64,000 nt of DNA from Podarcis melisellensis (Eukaryota), in the NCBI GenBank assembly GCA_964234715.1, contig OZ174282.1; one strand, given 5' to 3'. Shown here piece by piece: positions 39,481-52,640 of the stretch. The notes beneath the pieces are model-generated. The model had not been told where the DNA came from, did no database searches, and saw only the letters and a program-made list of their open reading frames with translations. A program made the position numbers and the translations under genes. Within the stretch, counting starts at the first letter, position 1. The number at the start of each line of letters is the position of its first letter.

Positions 39481-41774
39481 ACGGTTATGTGCTCTAACAT
39501 GCTTCAAATCATCCCAGAAATACCCCCCTTTGCCCCCCTTCCAAGTGAGAAAGAGGCATTATCAGAGTTCAATGACACATTGCAGCTGTGCAAAAAGCCA
39601 CAAGGAAAGCAGGACGGGAGAGGGGTGTTACTTGGGCAGGTGCATGGCCTTGGGAGAATCCTGAAGGCCATGTAAGAGAAGCCAGGGGTGCTACATTTGG
39701 CCTTCAGCCCTGCAGTTCCCCGCTCCTGTTTTAGACTAAGATGAAACAGCAACAGATTTGAAATCTGCCAAAAGACGACGACAAAAATATGTGGGGTGGG
39801 GAGAGAAGATGGGAGTCGTGTCAGCTGTGCACTGTGCCAGGTGTTGACTTCATTAGCATTGCAAATCCCACAGTCGGATACACAGGAGATATTCTTTTCA
39901 GGAGAAGTTTAGATGGAAATGTAATTAGAACCTGTAAAGTAAGTGCTAGGAAGCGCCGTCTTGTAAGGTTGCGTATTAATATGAGGCTGAGTCAAAACTG
40001 TTCTTACCATTTCGTGTTCTTTCATATATATATATTTTAAAAAATGTCATCAGTGTTTTTATCTCCCTCCCCTTGCCTTGAAATTATGGTAATTTCAGTT
40101 TGACTGTTTTAAACACAGTAGGTCTGAGAACCTGCAGTGAAATTTCACTAGAAAATGCAGCACTTGGTGGGTACTGCGTCTTTTTGTGTGTGTCAAGAAC
40201 AGCAAGTACAGCAAACTTTTTTAAGTCTTGAAGTCGTTCTGGAAAATAGTAATGAGATGACATGGCAAAGCATTCTGGGAATTATACATTTGTGGTGAGC
40301 ACCATTCAGAATGAAGCTTAGCGCCAAGGTCACACTACAAATCTTTCCCCTAACATATGCATTTTTGTAAACAGTGTTTGGTTTGCGAAATTCTTTGTAA
40401 AATTTGGATAAGTGCCAATTTTGTTTTGCGTATTATTTTGGAAAGTGTGCGTTTGAGAGATTTGGGTTTAAATGAGACCTGTATCAAATTTCTCCTCCAT
40501 CCCTGGTCTGGACAAACTGGTTGAAGTGCTCCACTTCAGAATTGTGGCTCTTGAGATTCTTCCTCCATCCCTTGGTTATGGCTCACATGCAAAACACATA
40601 ATTCACAAGCAGAAGGTCCCAAGTTCAAGCTCTAGCTCAAAGGATTGGGCAGCACCCCTGGGAAAGACCGGTGTCACAAATCCAGGAGATTTTCTGCCAC
40701 TCAGGATAGACAATATTGGACTGGATGTTTCAGTGATCTCATTCATACTTTGGGGTAAAATTTCACCACCACCTACTTCAATTTCTAAATGAAATCAGTA
40801 GAACTTAAACATGCTTAACACTGTCTGGATTCTATCCATCATCTGCCGATCTATTTATCTATCCTCTAGGCCAAAAAAACAAGCACAGTAAAGAAAGGCT
40901 GAGTCATAATAATAAGCTGCATCTCCGTTAGAGACTTTTCTGTGATCAAATTAGAGGGAAAGTGTTAAGTGCAAGGGAAGCAGGGAGGTGTTCACTTGGG
41001 AATAGCTTGGTTAATATACGGGGCTGCTTTAAACCCACTGCAAGTGTAATTTACGCTTTGACCTTTCTTCCTGCCTTTGCCAGCCAGGTTTCCTAAGCAT
41101 TCCAGTAAGACCTGACAGATTAATCATCTGCTTCGGACCACAGCCCACTAGAGACATAATATGCTGAGCCTGCTTTGTTTGACAGACCACAGCTCCAGCG
41201 CTATGCTTGAGGGCAGCTTGGCAGCCACTTCCTGCTAGGAATGGAGATGGCGTGCAAAGGAATGTTGCTTAAACACCATACATTCTTGCCATCCCTGTTT
41301 AACCAACTTCCTTTCAAGGGAATAGGATCCAGCTGAAAACACAAGACCCTTGGGTCTGACCTGTTCACAAGAAAATTTTACGGGGGGGGGGGGTGTGCAT
41401 CTTCAAGCAGATATGATATTCAAATTAAGAAACATGGTTGTTGTTTTTAAAAACCTGCTTCTGCAATATAATTAAAATGATGTATCACACCCCAACAGTG
41501 CTCACCATCAATTCCCCTTTTTTATTTTTTATAACGCTTGGCACTGAGTGACTAGGCAGCAGCCATCTTGATTTCCTACTATGATCCCAAGGGCTGCCTT
41601 TTTAACTTTCCACACTTCTCCAGAGATATGCTATACCAGGGACATTTGAAGCCCTGGGCTGTCCTCTGTTGAAAAGAACTCTTGAGCAATAGGCAGCTTT
41701 ATATAGGAATATCAGATCTGTCTCAATTGTAAGCTCCGCTTTTATTAAAAGGTGCCTCTTCAAGTAAAGGGCCC

Positions 41775-42204
41775 TGATCGTGTCCAGAGGAGGGCAACCA
41801 AAATGGTCAAAGGCCTGGAAACGATGCCCTATGAGGAACGGCTAAGGGAGCTGGGCATGTTTAGCCTGAAGAAGAAGAGGTTAAGGGGTGATATGATAGC
41901 CATGTTCAAATATATAAAAGGATGTCACATAGAGGAGGGAGAAAGGTTGTTTTCTGCTGCTCCAGAGAAGCGGACATGGAGCAATGGATCCAAACTACAA
42001 GAAAGAAGAATCCACCTAAACATTAGGAAGAACTTCCTGACAGTAAGAGCTGTTCGACAGTGGAATTTGCTGCCAAGGAGTGTGGTGGAGTCTCCTTCTT
42101 TGGAGGTCTTTAAGCAGAGGCTTGACAACCTTGGCAGTTTCCTGCTTGGCAGGGGGTTGGACTTGATGGCCCTTGTGGTCTCTTCCAACTCTAGGATTCT
42201 ATGA
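41775..42204 (+). mobile_element. CR1 LINE 3' end (young)
   Basis: Open frame RVQRRATKMVKGLETMPYEERLRELGMFSLKKKRLRGDMI...FLTVRAVRQWNLLP; ends tcttccaactctaggattctatgat. Confidence 0.93.
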
Positions 42205-42279
42205 TCCACTCCAGCAATCTTTTGCTCCAATGGAATGGGGGAGATTCTGGTTGCCCTGGGAATTCTGCCATAGAGTCTG

Positions 42280-42462
42280 CTGAACTGTTCAGCAGTGGAA
42301 TGGACTACCTTGGAAGGTGGTGGACTATGTTTGATGGAGGTTTTTAAGCAGAGGTAGGATGGCTATCTGACAGGGATTCTTTAGCTGTGATTCCTGCATT
42401 GCAGGGGATTAGATGAAGTACCTTTGGGGGTACCTTTCAATTCTACAATGCTACATTCTATG
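42280..42462 (+). mobile_element. Older CR1 3' end
   Basis: ctgttcagcagtggaatggactacc...ggagtttttaagcagagg...ttctacaatgctacattctatga, similar to 42050-42204. Confidence 0.75.
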
Positions 42463-42659
42463 AGTCAGAATGTGGCAGTGCAATAGTATTGAGTAAGAGT
42501 AGGCTGGCCCTATGTACAACCCCCCTTTTGCAGGGGTTGGGAATATCACACTCAGGGGCCAAATGCAGTTCTCCAGACATCCCTATCTGACACTTAGGAC
42601 TTTCCAAAGTTAGAGATACAGATCGGATTGTTGTGACCAGTGTACACGCCTATCAGATA

Positions 42660-42960
42660 CTCCTTTTGAAAACTGAGAAATTCATTTGAGTCCACAGAGG
42701 AGATGTCTGGAAACGGTTTAGCCATTTTTGCTCCTGCTGTCGGAAACTCATCTCTTACTCTGGTGTCCCTTGAGGCTTCTCCGTTAGGACAGTTCTACAA
42801 ATAAATCCACTTCCCTGCTTATGGCTCTTTCTATTCTCCTTCACAACTGTCCAGAATATCAGGTGCTGAATAAACAGAGGTTGACTAAAAGATCAATGAA
42901 GCTCCATCTGGCAAAACTCCAGACTGTACAACCGTGTCACTCTGAAGAACTTTATTTAAA
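42660..42960. mobile_element. Possible degenerate Penelope-like (GIY-YIG C-terminal) fragments
   Basis: Minus strand FICRTVLTEK...FRQQEQKWLNRFQT..(fs)CGL and plus strand LAKLQTVQP...EELYL resemble the recalled E-x-x-W-I-x-x-L/F-x-T-x-x-P-x-G-L-N motif; similarity judged by eye only. Confidence 0.3.
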
Positions 42961-44698
42961 AACACAACGTGAAGGGCATACATATGAGTCCAAGTTCCTG
43001 GAACACCCGACTTTCATGCAAAAGAATAAAAGCTTCTACAAAGGGAGAACATTTTTGTATAAAGATTTCTGGCGGTTTGTCAATAAATTACAGCTAACAG
43101 TAGGCTGATGCCCACTATCTGATTTGGAATGGGGGTACTTATTCCAGTTACCTTGGAGAGCATCTTACATTGGATGCCCTAAATTAATTCAGGTTAAAAC
43201 TGAACCCATTCTGAATCAGTTCTATTGAATTCACAGCGATGTATTTGGGAATGTGATGGGGCCTGGAAGCATGGCTGAAGCATGTGCCTCCAACACTTTG
43301 CATTCCTTATCAGAGGTGGGGCATCAGGGTCCTATCTGGCCAGGATGAGTGCAAGGTGAAGTTTAATGAAGGCCTAAGATGTGGCTGCTGTGCGTGAACA
43401 ATGTATCTGATGAGGAAAGATATCCTGTGTCTGAACCCTGGGAAGGCAGATTCCTTGTGGGTGGGTGGCTCTTGTACTGAGAAGATAAGGATGGGGTTGC
43501 ACTCATTCTGAAGAAGCAGGTACATTGTTTGGAGGTACTCTTTGTGCCAACCTTGTCACGTGACCTCTGTAGCTATGAATGCCTATTTTCAGCTTTGTCA
43601 TTGGCCTCATCCAGCGGGGCTGTTCTAATGTTCTTATGTAAGTACTTAGGTTTCTCAATTGTTTTGGATATTGCTAAGCATGTGCAGTATATCAGAAGCA
43701 TCCAAGGGTCAAGGGAATTACAGCCCCCATAATCCCCAAGCTATAGCAACATATAAGACTATTGTGAATGAAACCTGATGAGTTCCTGGCCTTATTGGAA
43801 CCCTCTCTGTAATTGCCTCCTGTTGACATTTCAGGTTCTATAGTTTTGTCCTAGAAGCAGAAATAGGTCTGAATAAGCTGCCCTCCCCCCAAAAAAGAAA
43901 CCTCAGTGGGTGAATCTATAGGGCCCCTGATTTGAGCCTAGGGTTCCTACTTGTTAAGATAAGCCAATCACTCAGGGCTGAGCCTTCGCCGTAGGTGCAT
44001 GAAAGGGCAGAGTGCAAGGGGGGTGTCCAGTTTTGAAGCAGAGGTTGCTCACACATCTCTCATTGACTTCTGAATTGGGAAGGTGGATTAAGGAGTACAA
44101 GATGTTAACCAGAAGATTGTCAGAAGTAGCCAAAGCCACTATGTCTTCCGTTCTATGACTACAACAATGCAGTGTTTCACCCAGGAGATTATCTTGGCAA
44201 AGGAGGGTTCACAGAAGGTAGGAAAGAAGGTTTGGGAAGGAACTGGTTAGACAGCCATAATATGTCAAATTCTTCCAAGGTACAGGCAGGATCTCCAGGG
44301 CCAGCTGGCAAGTCTAAAGGAGCAGATGCAGGGGGGTGCAACCGCTTGGCGGCACTGGGCATGGAGCCTTAGGAGCGCTGCAGGGGGGAACCACAATTAT
44401 TATTTAGAATGTGGCATGAGATGTGGGGGCACTGAATTTTGGCATCACATGGGAAACTGCTGAAATTTGAGACTCCAAGATCCACCAAGGCAGACTCCAA
44501 GGAAGAATTTCAGCACATTGTATTGCAAGCACTCTTTCAGGGAGTAGGTGTTTTCCTAACAAAGATCTATCATTTAATGCTAAGGTATTATACCACTCTG
44601 ATATTATACCACTGTACAGGAGAGATTAAAATGCTTAGGCTATTTCTCTTGCCCTGTATTACAGGTTTTTTTTTTCATTTTACTAGGTTTTCTTCACC

Positions 44699-44724
44699 AC
44701 ACACACACACACACACACACACAC
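44699..44724. repeat. (AC)n microsatellite
   Basis: Direct reading. Confidence 0.9.
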
Positions 44725-46340
44725 CATATTCTTTTGGGACATTTGATTGGCATGGTTCCTTTAAGTAGAACAAATCAATATGAGCTCAGCCCTGGGATGT
44801 ACAGAATGCTGATAAGGAATTAGTAGGAAAGGCCAGGTAAGGTTTGGTTTAAACTGTAAAAAAAAAAAGTTTCCTAGAATCCTGCTAATTAGCAGTGGTG
44901 GAGTAATGGTCCTTTATAGTGACTTTAAGGATTTAGAATAACATGCTTAACCTGGAAAGGCACATTAAATGAAATGAAATGAAACGAAATGATGAAACTC
45001 AAAAAGCTGAACTGCAATTATGTTTTCCAGTTTCAAATTGCAAGTTAAAAACAACAACACAGTTTTGGTGTTATGAAACAAAGACCTTCTTTATTTTGAT
45101 TCTGTTTGACTTGTCCTGGCTGCTATTACACAACATGTTTTCCTTTTGGTTTGTTCTTTTCCCTTTCTGGATTAGCTCATAGTTGACTGCAGTCAAGCAG
45201 GGATCATAGATGGTAAGACAATTAAGTAGCCAATTAAATGTGTGTGTGTGTATGGTGAAGGCACATGAAAGCAGTTGTAAGTGAGGACAATGCTTCCTGA
45301 ATCAGTCCCATGGGAGATACAGCCAATGGGATGGGAGTGACACATGACCAATTAGATTACCAAGAATGGATTGTGTCAATTGAGAACATGAATTTGTAAA
45401 TTGATGTCGACATTTCTCAAGAAAGGATGGTGTTTGTTTGGTTTCTCCCCCCCCCCAAAAAAGGGGCACTACGCTGTCAAAATCACTCCCTTGACAAGTT
45501 AGGGATGCTTTCTTTGGTACTGTTCATGATCCTTTGGCTTAGATCATAATAACAGTATTGATTTATTAAAAAAACCAACAACAACCCATGAACATGACAT
45601 GGTTTGGGGCTGGCTTTATGAAAATCTAAGGTTTTATTCACAACATCAGGAGGTTATACACCAAAATGGGTGGAGGCAGAGCCAAAGGATGTTGGCACCA
45701 CCCCTTTTTACTTTTTATCCCATCCCATCCTCTCTCTCCCTCTCCCCCAGTTCCTCTCTTTCTGCCATCCATTTCCCCCCATGTTACCATCTGCAGAAAA
45801 GTAAGCTAAAGGCTACATATGGACTATAGCATTGAGTCCTTTCAATTAAATTTCATAGGTCTCCGCTTCTCATTTCCAGTTTGCAAAATACAGCTAATTG
45901 AAAAAAATATGAATTTTTGCAGAAACACCTTATCTCATTTAGTAATACTGTGTCTCAGTGTATACGTGACCTTCCTTGCACACTAGCAAGCTTTGTTCAT
46001 TGTACAGTCAAACTACAAACAATGTTGAGCTGAGATACATGACAAAAGCTCCATAGAACTACAATCATGGTTCCCCCTTTTTAAAAATCAAGACTTTGCT
46101 AGCAGTCCACATGATTTATAAGGCTCTGTAAGTCTTCCTTGCTGTTGACATACATGCATACATTGCATTGCCCATTCTGTTTTAATACCAAAGCCTCTGG
46201 GACAAAAGCTGAATGGAAAAAGCTTGTCAAATACCAAAGGAAAAAGCAGTATTTCAACAGAAATTGAATATGGCAATCTTGAAGTGCAGTATGGATCAAC
46301 AGACTGGTATATTTGTGCTCTAGAAAAGATGTTTAGTTAA

Positions 46341-46539
46341 AGGGGTATAACATATTTCAAAAAGTAAAAACAAGGACACCCCCAAAATTATTGAGTCCCC
46401 CCCAAAACACACACACCAAAAACCACAATTTTTCAATTGACTTGCCTAAGATCCACTCTTTTGGAAATCCCCCCTGGACGTCAATTCCGCCTTTGAAAAC
46501 CGGTAAAGTCCAGGAAAATCCAGATGTATGGCAGCCCCA
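46341..46539. mobile_element. hAT-type MITE related to 12221-12463
   Basis: catatttcaaaaagtaaaaacaaggacac...ccagatgtatggcagcccc matches both ends of the 12221 element. Confidence 0.65.
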
Positions 46540-47456
46540 GGTATGACCCAGTCAATGCATATGGAGCGTTGCTTTAGAAGAAAATTTCCACGTGATATGT
46601 CTCTGGGACACTTTTCAGGAATTCCATCTTTTAAATATGTACGTGTGTTTATTGATTACTACTGTAATAGTGGTACTCAGGTACTTAAAACCGACTGCCG
46701 CATTCCACAAGTCTGGTCTAAGACATTTTGCTCCCTGAGGTGGAATTGCCCCATCAGTTCAACCGCCACAACTCAAGGTACATAAACAGCTGTGCCTGGT
46801 GCAGAAAATCACACAACTGCCTCTCCATTTCCCTAGCAGTAAAAATCTAACAGTAATAAATAAAGGAAGGGAGCATTTGCTATCCTTTCAGGAAACCCAA
46901 AACTGTTTTTTGGGCGGCAGCTGTCTTACTCTGCCTAATGAAAAAGCTGGCCCTGCCATGTCAATTACATTCTTGCATGGATCTTTACATTCTCTCCTGT
47001 GAGAATGGTCAATTCAGTCAACAGATTCAGAAAACAAAAACAAAACCCTGATCTGCCAGGCCTGGAACCACCATCATTTCAGAGTGAAGGTGGATGCCTG
47101 AACAATTCCATCCTCTCCTTCACCATGTCAAAGTTCATGGCACATTAAAAGCTTTGGTTAGAAAATTTATCAGTGCAAAACTGTGTGCAAATGGCCTCTC
47201 TGGTATGGGGTGTGGTTGAGAGATTGCTTGTTATTGTTACTGCACAGCTGATAGACGGAGAAAGTAATTTAAAAAATAATAATACAACATAAGCAGCTTA
47301 AAACTCTCCTGTAGAACAGGTCTGCTTGCTTATGGACCACAAATCAAAGGGAAGTTTGGATGTACTGGGGCTGCAGGAGGCTCAAAAAGCTGCTTAGTTT
47401 GCTGTGGCTTCAAAAATGGTGGTTTTGTCAAGTATCTGATAGGCCACAACAGATGA

Positions 47457-48324
47457 TTGCGTGGACAGGCAGAGTCCCCAGATCCCGCGCGGTCCCCCCG
47501 TCATGTGGAATAACGACTCAAGACAACGTGCTATGGGATTAAATTGGCCACAACTTTATTAAATTTCAAATGTGGGTAGACCTTGGCTCAGGCATTGGGC
47601 GTTCTCCCTCCCCAGTCCCCAGCCGGGGACCTAGGGAGCATCAGGGTTATCCAGTGTGTGTGTGTGGGGGGGGTGGGCCGGCTCTGGAGAACATATGTTC
47701 AAGCAGAGATAGCCGCCCCCGTAACGCCGCCGCCGCAGGGGAGAGCAATGACGACCTTTCGGCGTACGGTCAAAGCCTCCCTTCAGAAAACCCCTTTAAC
47801 GGGGAACCCTGGTATCGCCACCACAAAGAGGAAGATGGACAAAAGGATTCCGCCCAAGGCCTGATACCGCCAAAGTTGTGACGTTTTGCTACGGGAAAGG
47901 CGAAACCTGCCAATGCAGGGAAATTCCTTTCCGGCCCTTTAACAGCGACCTTAACATAGCAGCGCCCGCATACCTGTGAAGAAAAGTTAATCTGCAAAAC
48001 CTGTGAGGAAAAATTAACCTGCAAAATAAGACATTAACTGAGGGTGGGTAGGGTGGGAGAAGCTCTGGAGCCAAGTGAGAATTCCCAGGTAAGATCTTCC
48101 CTCCTTTGTGTGGGCAGGTAATCCCTCCCCTACCTGGCCTGGTCTCCTTGGCAACTCTTCCCCCAGGTGGGATTGGACAACTGACTGAGGTAGGCGGAGA
48201 CCTCCAGATATCCCACCTGAGGGAAGGCAAAGCCAAGGCAAAGCGGCTGTTGGAGCCGCTCCAGATCTAGGGCCTGCACGTGTCCACGCAAAGGGCACCC
48301 CCCGTTTTAAGCGGGGAGCGGTCA
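47457..48324 (-). mobile_element. ~870-bp CpG-rich LTR-like / putative DIRS-Ngaro-type non-coding element
   Basis: Abrupt GC/CpG-rich island; minus-strand AATAAA (tttatt at 47555-47560); TTGCGTGGACA at 47457-47467 inverted with TGTCCACGCAA at 48281-48291; ATTG at both boundaries (47456-47459, 48324-48327); homology to the 58943 element. Confidence 0.65.
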
Positions 48325-51300
48325 TTGATGGATAAGTTCTGGTTTGGTGCACTGCAAGTTTGTAGATCTGGCCCATGGCTGGAGATATGCTACAGAAAGG
48401 AAGATATCAGCTAACATTTGGATTTATTGTACATCTGAATAATACAAATTCCCATATTTCTTTTGGGGAAATAACTTAATCCTTCAGTGGCTCCGCACCT
48501 CTGACTCTGAAATGCATAGTACAATCCAAGCAGGTTTTCTCAGCAGCACGTACCACTGAGCTCTGTGTAGTTTACTCCTTAGAAACTGCACTTCCTCTGC
48601 TCAATGGGTTGACAGTGGTCTTATTCTTTAGAAGGAGTTATATATTTTTCTACTTGGGTCAGATGACTTGGCCTCGGAGGACAGCTGCTTATGAATCCCA
48701 GATGGATTTTTAATCATCGTTATGGTGCAGTGTTGTATGGATAGTGAGAGCCTATTATGAAATAGTTTTAGGAGTCAATAGGCTGTTTCCATTCTGGAGA
48801 ATTTCATTAAATGCAGTTTGTAGCTATTTGGATTATATTATACTAAACATTTAAAGTAGCCTCACTCTCACTGGCTTCAGAGTAGTCTAGAGAGCCACTT
48901 ATCCGTATCATAATTGAATGTTTTCAAATCAATATAAATTTTCAGAGTCTTTCCTGATCAGCCTACAACTTCATAATAATTTTATTTATAATAATATATT
49001 TATGGTAAAATTATAGTGAGCTAATAATAACTTTAAAAAATGCTAGTAAGAAGCTAAATTTATTTCTGGTGGAAGCTAATTTCAATTCCTGAAAAATAAG
49101 TGAGGTCAATTTGGAAATGATTAAAATTGTGCTTTCAGAAGCCTTCTCTTAGTCAGATGAATGGCTTGCCAAGGCTAAATAAAATCTATCTCATGCAGTT
49201 TCATAAAAATATAGGAGGACAGTGGTCTTTCCTGAAGTGACATAGAACTGGAGTAACCCAAAGCATAGGAGTAACAGTGTTCTCCATACGTTCTTGACTA
49301 CAACTTCCATAATCCCTGATCATTTCCCATGCTGGCTGGGGCTGCTGAGAGTTGTTGTCCAACCACATGGAGAGCACCATGTTGACTACTCCTGACTTAG
49401 GAAGAATCCCTTACCAGGTGCAGAGTCAAGCCTAGTTCTACCGTTGTCACTCCTGCTATGGGGACATAGTGAACATCCAGCAGACCAGAGGCAGACCAGC
49501 TCTCCATTTCCTATCATTGCATCATCATAACAGGCAATGCAGCATAGAACTAAGACTGTCAGACCAAGACCAGAGTTCAAATCTCTCTTCAACCATGAAG
49601 TTCACTTCATCAGTTTGCCTGCTCCAGAAAAAAAAGGGCTTAGAAAAAGCTTGCTCATTTCATTTAGAAATAGAGGGTTGTATCCAACTAAGTTATATTC
49701 TACTTAGACCTGCTGGAATTAATGTATCTAAATTAGCCATAGCCATTAATTTGAATGGGCCCACTCTGAGTAGAACTTAGTTAGCTACCATCCACAGTTT
49801 TCATTGGCTGTGCTGCCAACCCCAATGCATTTTTGGTGCAAAAAATGAGAAATGCACAACGCAGTAGCCCTCTTTCAGTGTTCAACGGCATCCTGGAGAG
49901 CTCATATTGTGTCGTGGCATGGGTGCATCATGTGCCGCCTGCAAGCCCATCTCTCCTCTCCTGTCCTTGGTGCGTTCAAAGCAAAGACCTGACTGCATTG
50001 CAGCTGAATCCTTCCCACAATCAGCAGCACAGTGCAATCAGTCTTCCCAATCAGTGCTCTGTGTTGAGCAGAATATGGTTAGAATATTCCTGCTGGCTTT
50101 GTCATGGAATGCATGAAGGTTGAGAGAGGAGAAAATGAGGCCAGTGTATGCAAGAATGTTGAGAGTGGGGGCTTATGAATATATACCCCTTTCCTAGTTT
50201 GACCCGCTCTCCCCATCTTCTGAAGGACTGAAAATGGTTAGTGGTATCCTTACATACGTTTATGTTACCAAATGTCACCAGAGGAGAGATGGTGAGAGGA
50301 TGGAGACTTGATAACAGCTCCACTTCTTTGGAACTGCCTTCCTGGAGAATTCCAGTTCCAATCCCTAAATTGGAAAGTTTCTGGGAAACTCTGCCATATG
50401 TTCTTGTTTAGAAAGACCCTTTGAAATATTCTGGACATTTTAGAATTTGCATGAATGCAGCCATTTATATGTTCTGTCCCATGAGGCGTTAGAATAATCA
50501 GGATTCTTTTGGATACTTAGGGGGTAGTCAGTTTAAGATTCTGTTTAAGGCTTATTTTACATTTGCTTTCTGGTTTTGACATCCTGGTGCAATTACATTA
50601 AGCCTTGGAGTTTGTTTATTAAGAATGCATCAGTAAAGCTGGGAAAAAACACACAAAACTTTCCAAGTCTCTCAGTGCAAAGAGCCTCAAGAGAACCAAA
50701 CACATAGTCCCAGAATCCTACATGGAGACAAAGCGAATTTCACATAAAAACATGCTATTCAAAAATGTTGATTGCAAGCTCAGTGTAATTAGTGTGGCTT
50801 GAGTATCCATTGCTAATTGTTCTCAGCCATCGTGAAGTCTGGGCATTCATGAACAGCCACCGCATTCAGTTTTAATTACTGAGTGAGTTGTTATCATAAA
50901 CATCCCTCGGTGATTACTAAACCCCAGCAACGGAAGCCTGTTTTAAGAAGATTTAGGCACACACACACACATACACACACATTGTTGAACATTCTGGGTT
51001 AAATGCCATTTAAAAACCCAGAGTAGGCCTCTTGCTGAAAGCTGCTCATTAGGAAATATATCATCCTGTCTATAGGAGAAATAACTTTGCAATTTTCCTC
51101 CCACACGTGTTAAGAGTCTATCCTGAGCAGCGCAAAATATTGTCATGCAAGGGAAAACCATAGCATTACTTTTAAGAAACAAAAACAAAAACAAAAAACC
51201 CTACCTAGGCTTTGATTTTTAATCTGGCTGTTTGTGAATGTGTAGGCTGGCCTAGCACGGGGGTCGCAGAGCCATTTTAATTTCATGAGGAAGAAACTGA

Positions 51301-52204
51301 AAGCCATTTGGCTGGAGGGGCATTATCCTGCCGGAATTGAGTATACATGAATATCTCATTTCAGGCAAAGCAAGGTCTGGGATTTTATTTGTTAGTAAGA
51401 CAGGGCTAGGGCTTCTGACAACACAGGGGGTGGCAGCTTGCCATTTTTAAAAATACATGAAATGGTGCCTTTGTTCTGTGGTATGCAGTACTAAAATAGA
51501 GACAACAGTCAAATCCCTAACCCACCACCCACCTCAGTTGCCGTATAAATATAGCATGAATTCTGGTTAGTTGGATGTTGTTATCTGAGACTGCAATCTG
51601 TTTGAACTCCGAACAGGGTTGTAAGTCCAATGGACCTGATCGATGAGTGACAGGCATGTCCCTTAAAAAAAAAACAGCCATGTGAAGTGGAGATAGTGGA
51701 ACTAAGAAATGAATCGAGGTGATCCAGGGAAGGCTGTCATGTTTCCATGCCAGATCGCATCCTTCGCAAGTCAGATCAGGGACTCCCCAAGCTTCTGAGT
51801 CGCTAGGGATATCGAGAATGCTGACAGAAACAGGAGTGTAAATTACCAATCTTCACTTACCCCATATTTGGAATGGAAAATCGATCTATTGAATGCAATT
51901 AATATTTGTGGTACTTGTATTTTTTTAGTCTGCAAATGATTCATAATCATGACTCCCCCTCCATTTGGATTGTGCTTTCTTTGCATTGGACTGAATGGTG
52001 TGAAACAATTGTGTAATTAATTGTGTAAAATTATGCAGACAGTGAAGCAAATAATGCAGGTTTTTTGCTAGAAGCTGAACTGCAATGTTGCTAAAACAGG
52101 ACTGCACGGGACGAAAACAGGACTGAATGAAGATCAATGCGTTCTTACATCCCTGCAGGTTGCACTGTGGCCTTGGCTGTCCAACGAAGTGAAGGATAAA
52201 TGGG

Positions 52205-52640
52205 AAGGGGATTGATAGAGGAATACAAAATTTTACACGGCATGGAGAGAGTGTATAAAGAGAAGTTCCCCTACTTAATGAAGGGTCCTGCAATGAAGCT
52301 GAAAGGTGGGAGATAAAGGACAGGATACAATGAACCACATAGAAAAGTATGGAATTTGCTACCAGAAGATGTAGTGATGCCCATCAGTCAGATGACTTTT
52401 CAAAGGGTCTAGACAATTTCATGGAGAACAAGGCTATCAGTGGTCCCTAGTTATAAAGGCTGCATGCTTTGTTCAGGATCAGGGGAAGCATGGTTCTAAA
52501 TACAAGTTGCTGGGGAACATATATGGGAGAATGCTCATGGGCAGCTAGTGGGCCTCCCATCTGGTTGGCTTCTGTGGAAACTATTAGTGCTCAATTAATT
52601 AGGCCTTTCATTTGAACCAACAAGGCTCTTCATAAGTTCT
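52205..52640 (+). mobile_element. Old CR1-like 3' end
   Basis: catggagagagtgtataaagagaag...tatggaatttgctaccagaagatgtagtgatg...aagggtctagacaatttcatggag...caaggctcttc. Confidence 0.6.

Noticed and set aside
47457-48291. Class II transposon bounded by 11-bp TIRs
   Set aside because: No TSD outside the two arms, and the GC-rich element continues ~33 bp beyond the right arm to a repeated ATTG.
51860-51929. Possible minus-strand coding exon (cag acceptor ... gtaagt donor)
   Set aside because: Translation (TKKIQVPQILIAFNRSIFHSKY) is not recognisable, the polypyrimidine tract is weak and no partner exons were found.
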